Of a DNA stretch of 64,000 nt, positions 57,513 to 64,000 are shown one piece after another. The DNA comes from an uncultured Gemmatimonadota bacterium (GTDB taxonomy: Bacteria > JAAXHH01), in the NCBI GenBank assembly GCA_951812955.1, contig OX638340.1, positions 1,856,001-1,920,000 on the forward strand, read 5' to 3'. Both the position numbers and the translations under genes were made by a program. Every line of letters begins with the position of its first letter. The stretch's first letter is position 1. Below the pieces are notes generated by a model. That model had not been told where the DNA came from and made no database searches. It saw nothing but the letters and a program-made list of their open reading frames with translations.

Positions 57513-59507
57513 TCAGTCTATCCCGTAGATATGATGCCCCGCGTGGGGGAACCATATGTAATCAACGAACATGGAGATGACCACGCCGGTAGCCACACCG
57601 AAGATAAGGCCCAGGAAGAAGGGCTGACCCTTTCGGTACAGCTCGATACCGCCGACCCACATCATGATGCTCTTGATGACCCAGCAAACGAACATGGACG
57701 ACACGATAGCGCGTGCGGGCCACGAGTAGGAAAGGAAGAAACCGAGGGGATGCAGCGGCCAGCCGGGCAGCCGGGCCCTCAGGGTCATGAGCAGGAACAT
57801 GAGCCAGCCGCCCACCATGAAGAACATGAGGCGGGCCGTGTCCGGTCCGAAGGGATCCCGCATCTTGGTGAGCGTTTCGTTGTAGGGGATGGTCGATCCG
57901 ATCCTTCCGAACCACCATCCGTTGGTGAACTGCCGCGTGCCCTGGTCGAATCCCAGGTAGATCGTCCAGATCAGCGCGATCACCACGCCGATCACCGCGG
58001 CGGACAGGACTGTCCAGCCCAGTCCACGGTGCCAGCGCGCACCGATCTCTGAAAGCTTGGCCACCTGCATGAAGGCGGGCATGAAGGTCGATTTGATCTC
58101 GCTGACGGGTCCATAGGTCTGGGCCATCGCCGTCATGGTGGACATGGACAGGTTCGCCGACCCGACCGAGTAGAATACGAGCACCTGGGCGATCATGGGC
58201 GAACGCACGTAGGGCAGCCCGGCTTCGGCGATGATGCGGGAGACGCCGATATAGATGACGAAGACGCCCGCGAGGAGGAACACGGCAATGGGCACGCTCA
58301 TGCCCAGCTGGTTCAGCCACACGATCCCGTAGACGAACCCGCCGAGAAAGCCGAAGACGGCGACCCGGTAGGGCAGCATCTCATCGGAGTCGTCCAGGTC
58401 CGATCTGCGGCCGAACGCATGGGAGAACACCGCGCGGATGTGAAACCTGGCCCGCCACAGCCCCCAGGCTACGAACACGATGAAGGCGCCCATGTTCTGC
58501 CAGTCCAGCATGGGGTGGATTGACGTGTAGTTGTCCCTGCCAGGTATGTCGTAACCGATCCGTTGTGCGATGCCTACCTGGATGATCCCGATCATGTAGA
58601 ACACCCAGAACCCGGCCAGCACGTCCAGGTTGACGAAGTAGGAAATACCGAGGATGGCTGGCCGGAAGTTGATCTCCAGCGGAGGGAATCCTTCGCCGAA
58701 GACAATGGGCGGCGCCGACCCGAAATAGGGAAACTGGGGCACGACCGGTGTGAAGTATCCGATAATGTTGTACATCATCACGCAGAAAGGGATGGAAAAG
58801 CCGATCCAGAAACGTTTCTCGGTCATAAATTCCGGGATGCGTCCCGACGATTCCATGCCTCGCGTCAAGGCGAGGGGGATCTGCATCATGGGGAATACCA
58901 GTTTCTCGTGTTCGACCCACTGTCTTCTGAGGATCACCACGAGACACAGCCCCATGAAGATGATCGGTACGATGAAGGTCAGCCACCAGAACAGGGGAAT
59001 GCCCCACACGCTCCAGGGTATGGACTCACCGGGCGGGATACCGTCGACGAACCAGGTCAGCGCATTGCCCTGGTTGGTGACGTTCGCCCAGGGTTTCAAA
59101 TAGGGATAAAAGTATTCTGCCCACTGGTTCTCGGGCGTCGCCAGGAGATTCGGCGCCATGAGCGTGGAGATAAACGGGGCGCCCATGCCGTTGGTCGACA
59201 GCCCGGAAGCCGCCATGCCCATGGCCAGGGGGATGACGAACTCGTGGGACGTCAGGGCCCAGTCTTTCTTCCACCGGGCCAGTATCACGTTGAACAGGAT
59301 GAGATACGCAAAGGCCAGGAACAACGCACCGATGTGAAGATGGTCCGCGCCGAGTTGAGACGAGGCCATGGTGTACTGAAAATAGGGGACGATCAGGGAA
59401 ATCAGGACGACGCTCGTCAGGCCCAGGAGGATGGATCTCGGCGTAATGATCCGGGTCGCGGTCGTCGGGCCGGCGGAAGAGGATACACTTTGCTGGGCTG
59501 AGGCCAT
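57513..59507 (-). CDS. large polytopic membrane protein (~665 aa), tentatively OPT-superfamily-like transporter
   Basis: Many hydrophobic helices and similar size and architecture to the 49599..51656 product. The first ATG is at 59507 (MASAQQS…). The longest ORF (TTG at 59615) adds an F/Y-rich 36 aa encoded by AT-rich DNA, so I judge the extension non-coding. Confidence 0.45.
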   Translation of the reverse strand: MASAQQSVSSSAGPTTATRIITPRSILLGLTSVVLISLIVPYFQYTMASSQLGADHLHIGALFLAFAYLILFNVILARWKKDWALTSHEFVIPLAMGMAASGLSTNGMGAPFISTLMAPNLLATPENQWAEYFYPYLKPWANVTNQGNALTWFVDGIPPGESIPWSVWGIPLFWWLTFIVPIIFMGLCLVVILRRQWVEHEKLVFPMMQIPLALTRGMESSGRIPEFMTEKRFWIGFSIPFCVMMYNIIGYFTPVVPQFPYFGSAPPIVFGEGFPPLEINFRPAILGISYFVNLDVLAGFWVFYMIGIIQVGIAQRIGYDIPGRDNYTSIHPMLDWQNMGAFIVFVAWGLWRARFHIRAVFSHAFGRRSDLDDSDEMLPYRVAVFGFLGGFVYGIVWLNQLGMSVPIAVFLLAGVFVIYIGVSRIIAEAGLPYVRSPMIAQVLVFYSVGSANLSMSTMTAMAQTYGPVSEIKSTFMPAFMQVAKLSEIGARWHRGLGWTVLSAAVIGVVIALIWTIYLGFDQGTRQFTNGWWFGRIGSTIPYNETLTKMRDPFGPDTARLMFFMVGGWLMFLLMTLRARLPGWPLHPLGFFLSYSWPARAIVSSMFVCWVIKSIMMWVGGIELYRKGQPFFLGLIFGVATGVVISMFVDYIWFPHAGHHIYGID

Positions 59508-59739
59508 GGAAAGGGCCGGATTGTGATACTTGCGGTGACTGAAATACGGTAATGAATCTAGTCTGCGGGTCCAGAATATGTAAAATGGCAGACGGTATAA
59601 GTCAAAGAAAAACAAAGTTCCATGAGGTCCTGAGCCACCATCGGCCAGACCTTTTCGTTGTTGACACGATTCCGGTTTGCGGGGATATTTCCATACCTTG
59701 ATGTACCCGTTTCATACGAGGGATTTACAGTGAAGGCCG

Positions 59740-62270
59740 AAACGAGAGCCGCCATAGACCGCTTGCTGAACAGGTACATCGCCTTCATCTGCCGCCATCC
59801 GGCGAAGATCCTCCTGGGTGCGCTGCTGACCGCATTGCTCTCCGCGCATTTCGCATCCAGGCTTCAGCTTAAAACCGACTTCGTGGAACTGCTCCCGGAA
59901 GGCTACCGGAGCGTCGACGACATTCACCGGATCACGGAGCGCGTCGGCGGCATCGGCAACCTGACCGTCGTCATTGAAACGGAAGACCTGACTTCGGCAC
60001 AGCGGTTCGCCGACGACCTCGCCGGCAGGATCCATTCCGATCTTCCCGAGGGGTATATCCGGTATATCGAGTACCGGGTGGACGAGGAGAAGCGCTTCTA
60101 CGAAGACCACAAATATCTGTATGCGGATCTGGAGGACCTGGAAGAGATCCAGAACCGCCTGAGCCGACAGATCCTGAAGACGAAACTGGAGCAGAACCCC
60201 CTCTTCGTTTCCGAGGAAGACCTCGGGCTGGAAACGGAAGACGAACCGTTTACCTTGAGCGATCTGGAAGAGAAGTACGAAAAGAAAGCGGGGGAGAAGC
60301 TGGACAAGTGGGTCGACGGCTATTTCACGGGGCACGACGAGCAGGGGCAGTTTCTCGTCATGGTCCTGAAACCCTTCGGTTCGTCGACCGGCGTTTCCTT
60401 TTCGCGGGACCTGTGCGAACGGGTACTCGCCATCGTAGAAGGGCTTGACCCCCCGTCATACCATCCATCGCTGAAAGTGGGCCTCACCGGCAAGTACCGC
60501 CTGATCCTGGACCAGTACTCTTCCGTCCAGCGGGAGATCTTCTCGTCCGCCGCCTTCACACTGACCCTGGTGGCCCTGGTCATCTTCCTCTACTTCCGCA
60601 CCATCGTCCCGGTCATCAACATCACGCTGGTCGTGGTCGTCGGCATACTCTGGACGTTCTGCCTGACCTATTTCCGCATTGGCTACCTCAACATGCAGAC
60701 CGCCTTCCTGGGCGCCATCATCATTGGGAACGGCATCAACTACGGCCTGATCCTCATGGCCAGGTACAAGGAAGAAAGGCTGCAGGGAGCGGACGCCCTT
60801 GAAGGCGTGCAGATCGCCTTTCGGAATACGATTACCGCGACGGTCACAAGCGCGGCGTCCACGGGCCTCGCATACGGCACGCTCATGATCACTGATTTTC
60901 GCGGCTTCAATCACTTCGGGTTCATCGGCGGCCTCGGCATGCTGCTGTGTTGGATTTCCACCTTTTCTATCATGCCGGCGCTGCTGATGCTGTGGGACCG
61001 CACCCGTTTCGGGCGGAAGACCTGGACGCGGAAGGTCTCGCGGGGCGGGTCGCTGACCCATCTCGCCAACCTGGTGCAAAAGGCGCCGCAGGCCGTGGTG
61101 GGCACGAGTATCTCCCTGGTCGTGCTGGGTACCGCCCTCCTGGTGTGGTGGCTTCCGAATTCCTTCGAATACGACTTCTCGAAACTGCGAAACGAACCGC
61201 GGGGCGATACTTACGAGCGGATCCTCAACCACCGCGTAAACGCCCTGTTCGGTATATCGCAGTCTCCCGCGGTTATCCTCGCGGACCGCCTGGACCAGGT
61301 CCCGGGCATCCGGCGCGCCGTGCTGGACAAGAAAGAAGCGGAGAAAGAGGGTCCCAAACCGACCATCGACCGGGTGCGAACCATCTTCGATCTGCTGCCG
61401 GAGGACCAGGAAGACAAGATCGACGTGCTCTGGGACATAGATTACATGCTGGACACCAATCCGCCCGACGAACTTGGCATACCGCCCGACCAGCTCGAAA
61501 GGATCAACGCGTTCCGAGAGAACCTGAGCCTGGATGAAATCACCGTTGATGACCTGCCCCAGGCGCTCACGCGTCCCTTCGAGGAGCGGGACGGGACAGT
61601 GGGCAGGCTCGTCTACGTCTACCCGAGGTCGGACGCCGGACTCTGGAACGGCAGGAACCTGATCCGGTTCGCGGAAGTCGTCCGTTCCAACCGCCTGCCA
61701 GACGATGAAGTCATCTATTCCTCCGGTGAGGCCGTGGTATTCGCCGACATGCTGAAGGCCGTGGACCGCGACGGCCCCATTGCCACGGTCGCCTGCTTCG
61801 TGGGCGTTATCGCGCTACTCTTACTGGCATTCCGCAGCGTCCACGCGTCGGTCGTGATCCTGGCTTCCCTGCTGGGCGGCATGCTGGTCATGGGCGGCGT
61901 CATCGCCGTCTTCGACATCAAGGTGAATTTCTTCAACTTCATCGTCATACCCACTACGCTGGGGATCGGCGTGGACTACAGCGTGAACCTGTATCAACGC
62001 TACCGCCTTGACGGACGCGGTTCCATACGTAATATGGTACAGCATACAGGCGCGGCCCTGGTCATGTGTTCGTCCACGACGCTGATCGGTTACACTTCTC
62101 TCATGCTCACGTCCAACCGGGGCCTGCATTCCTTCGGCATCATGGCCAACGTGGGAGAGATCGCCACGCTGGCAACGGCCCTGGTCGCGCTGCCCGCCTA
62201 TCTGCTTATTATGGAAAAGCGGATGAGGAACAAGGCGCCTGGAACGCGGAGTCCGGTTCACGCCGCTTGA
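59740..62270 (+). CDS. RND-superfamily exporter, MMPL/HpnN-like (two large periplasmic loops, 12 TM)
   Basis: Layout is N-terminal TM (ILLGALLTALLSAHF), a periplasmic domain, a TM bundle, a second periplasmic domain and a second TM bundle, ~840 aa. GTG start at 59740 preceded by GAGGGA (59728-59733) at 6-nt spacing. The ORF track's TTG at 59658 would leave only 42 nt of divergent intergenic space. Confidence 0.7.
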
Positions 62271-62323
62271 GACCGACTTCTACAGCCCTGCCGTTCGGAA
62301 ATGAGTCGAACAAGGCCGGTTAC

Positions 62324-63958
62324 ATGAACCTTCATGCAGTGGACTACCGCCAGGTGTTGCCGGATCACCTGCTGCATACCTTTCTCGACGATTTCGAGTC
62401 ACTGCGGCACTTCTATACTTACGATCCCCGCGACCCGGACGTCTGGCCGCGCGCGATCGATGCAGTAAGATCCCGGTCAAATCCCCCACCGAGAAAGGCC
62501 GTATCCCGGACGCTCGAGGCGCAGAACGGCCGCTACGGGGCGGACGAAAGCGTCCTCGAAAACGCCCGTGCCCTTGGCGGCGAGGATACCTTCGTGATCT
62601 CCACGGGTCAGCAGACCGGACTATTCACCGGTCCGCTCTATACGATTTACAAGGCCATCACGGCCGTCAAGCTGGCGAAGCGGGTATCGGAAGAAACGGG
62701 CGTGCGGGCCGTACCGGTTTTCTGGATGGCCTCCGACGACCACGACTACGCCGAGATCAACCATGTCCACGTCTGCCGAGCGGACGGGGACGCCTTGCGC
62801 TTTGAACTGAGTCCCGACGACCCCAATGACCGCCGTTCCGCGAGCGACCGCCTGCTTGGACCCGAAATCGCGGCGCTGCTCGAGCAGTTTGCCGATGCCC
62901 TGCCCGATTCGGAATACAGCTCCTCCGCCATCTGCGCGCTTCGGCAGCACTGTACCGCCGGAACTTCGCTTTCCGAAGCCTTTGCCCGGCTGATGACACT
63001 GCTATTTCAGGGACAGGGCCTGGTTCTCGTAGACCCCACCGACCCGGCACTGAAACCCCTTATGAGCCCCGTGTTCGAACAGGAAATCCGCGATCCGCTC
63101 GCATCCACGCGCTCGGTCCTGTCTACTTCAGAAAAACTGTCCGACGCCGGGTTCGATTCCCAGGTCTCCCGTCTCCCCGAGGCGGTAAACCTGTTTCTCT
63201 ACCAGGACGGACAGCGGAACGCCCTGAGCTACGGGAATGGACGGTTCAGCAACCGGGACGGCAGCCTGTCCTTTACGGAACGGGACCTGCTGCGCGTGCT
63301 CGAGGATTCGCCCGAGCGATTCACCCACAACGTCATCACGCGTCCCCTGGTGCAGGACAGCCTGTTTCCGACGCTGACCTATATCGGCGGTCCGGCGGAA
63401 ATCGCCTACTACGGTCAGCTTGGCGGAGTCTATCGCCAGTTCGGTCTGCCTTTCCCCGTGGTCTATCCCCGCGCTTCCCACACGCTGGTGGGCGCCAGGA
63501 CCGCCCGGATACTGGAGAAGCACGGCCTCACGATCTCCCATTTCGTCCAGGGGATAGAGTCCGTGGTCGACCGGAAACTGCGGGACGACATGCCGGTACA
63601 TATCACCGAGGGACTTCGTGCCGCCCGTGGCGACGCGGAAGCCCATTACCGGAACCTGAAGGGACACGTGACGGCGCTCGACCCCGGGTTGAGCCGGATC
63701 GTGGACGCTTCGGAAAGAAAGACCAACTTCGCCCTGGGCAAGCTGGAGGAAAAGACCCTCCGGGCCATGAAGAGAGCGGACGGAGTCATGCGCGGCCAGA
63801 TCATGCGGGCGGACCGCATGATCTATCCCAACGGTCATCTCCAGGAACGGGTGGCCAACATCTGGCAGTACGTCGCCCTCTACGGAGTCGATGTCATGAA
63901 GACACTCTTCGAAGCCACGGATGAAACGGACTTCAGGCACAGGATAACCCCGCTATGA
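62324..63958 (+). CDS. bshC: bacillithiol biosynthesis cysteine-adding enzyme
   Basis: Aligns by eye with B. subtilis BshC (YllA): TGQQTGLFTGPLYTIYKAITAVKLAK vs GGQQAGLLTGPLYTIHKIISIIVLAK, and VPVFWMASDDHDYAEINHV vs IPIFWVAGEDHDLDEINFV. Length 544 aa. The ORF-track start at 62066 overlaps the RND gene and is probably too long. Confidence 0.8.
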   Translation: MNLHAVDYRQVLPDHLLHTFLDDFESLRHFYTYDPRDPDVWPRAIDAVRSRSNPPPRKAVSRTLEAQNGRYGADESVLENARALGGEDTFVISTGQQTGLFTGPLYTIYKAITAVKLAKRVSEETGVRAVPVFWMASDDHDYAEINHVHVCRADGDALRFELSPDDPNDRRSASDRLLGPEIAALLEQFADALPDSEYSSSAICALRQHCTAGTSLSEAFARLMTLLFQGQGLVLVDPTDPALKPLMSPVFEQEIRDPLASTRSVLSTSEKLSDAGFDSQVSRLPEAVNLFLYQDGQRNALSYGNGRFSNRDGSLSFTERDLLRVLEDSPERFTHNVITRPLVQDSLFPTLTYIGGPAEIAYYGQLGGVYRQFGLPFPVVYPRASHTLVGARTARILEKHGLTISHFVQGIESVVDRKLRDDMPVHITEGLRAARGDAEAHYRNLKGHVTALDPGLSRIVDASERKTNFALGKLEEKTLRAMKRADGVMRGQIMRADRMIYPNGHLQERVANIWQYVALYGVDVMKTLFEATDETDFRHRITPL

Positions 63959-64000
63959 AACTCGACGTCCTGGCCGTATCCCCGCATCCGGATGACGTGG
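63955..64000 (+). CDS. bshB: LmbE/PIG-L-family deacetylase, likely bacillithiol BshB (3'-truncated by window end)
   Basis: Starts MKLDVLAVSPHPDDV, the hallmark N-terminus (AHPDD) of LmbE-like deacetylases. ATGA overlap with the bshC stop. Only 15 codons are visible. Confidence 0.5.
   Translation, partial: MKLDVLAVSPHPDDV

Noticed and set aside
57562-59501. ORFs 57562..58320 (-), 58381..59007 (-), 58563..59501 (+) and 57423..58052 (+) overlapping the 57513..59507 membrane-protein gene
   Set aside because: All are R/G/P/H/D-rich alternate frames or antisense. Only the chosen frame has membrane-protein character.
59508-59615. 36-codon N-terminal extension (TTG start) of the 700-aa membrane protein, and the TTG start at 59658 for the RND gene
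   Set aside because: The extension would leave only 42 nt between divergent starts. It is F/Y-rich, encoded by AT-rich DNA, and not protein-like. The internal ATG (59507) and the GTG (59740, with a GAGGGA SD) give sensible N-termini and a 230-nt divergent spacer.
62066-62323. 86-codon N-terminal extension of bshC proposed by the ORF track
   Set aside because: It overlaps the 3' end of the RND gene in another frame. BshC homology begins at the ATG at 62324. The extension is Arg/His/Gly-rich.
1-64000. Search for tRNA, rRNA, CRISPR arrays, integrases, transposases and prophage genes
   Set aside because: Intergenic regions are all under 330 nt. None shows a T-psi-C/cloverleaf-like pattern, repeat-spacer periodicity or an IS-like terminal inverted repeat. 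No ORF resembles a recombinase, transposase or phage structural protein.

Overview
This is a 64 kb, high-GC (about 60%) bacterial chromosomal segment, very gene-dense, with roughly 52 predicted protein-coding genes and many ATGA start/stop overlaps that indicate operons. I found no rRNA, tRNA, CRISPR array, integrase or transposase. The content is:
1. Three paralogous ~800-aa double-FtsX (MacB-like) ABC permeases (one 5'-truncated at the window edge), with no ABC ATPase gene in the window.
2. A co-directional 14-gene block of small-molecule-modifying enzymes (PhnP-like MBL, APH-like kinase, HExxH protease-like, beta-lactamase-like, SDR, Apt-like PRTase, Nudix, CsaA-like, ankyrin, DegT aminotransferase, isochorismatase-like, NodB deacetylase, VOC, esterase).
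3. A minus-strand cluster HIT - ECF sigma (with a ~290-aa C-terminal extension) - RimL-type GNAT - chloramphenicol-phosphotransferase-like kinase fused to GNAT - histidine phosphatase.
4. An unusual operon of a Tat-signal PBP1 solute-binding protein, a Cache-HAMP stub membrane protein and an OFA-type MFS transporter.
5. A histidine-utilisation operon hutU-hutH-hutI-hutF followed by a creatininase-family amidohydrolase where hutG would be expected.
6. A membrane cluster containing a 1528-aa protein in which a PA/M28 peptidase-like domain is fused to an FtsX permease module, flanked by two ~700-aa polytopic membrane proteins and an amidohydrolase.
7. An RND/MMPL-like exporter followed by bacillithiol genes bshC and a partial bshB.
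Lineage is uncertain. The duplicated FtsX permeases, Shine-Dalgarno use and bacillithiol genes hint at a Bacteroidota/Rhodothermota- or Gemmatimonadota-like organism. All functional calls come from motif-level reading of the translations, not from database searches.
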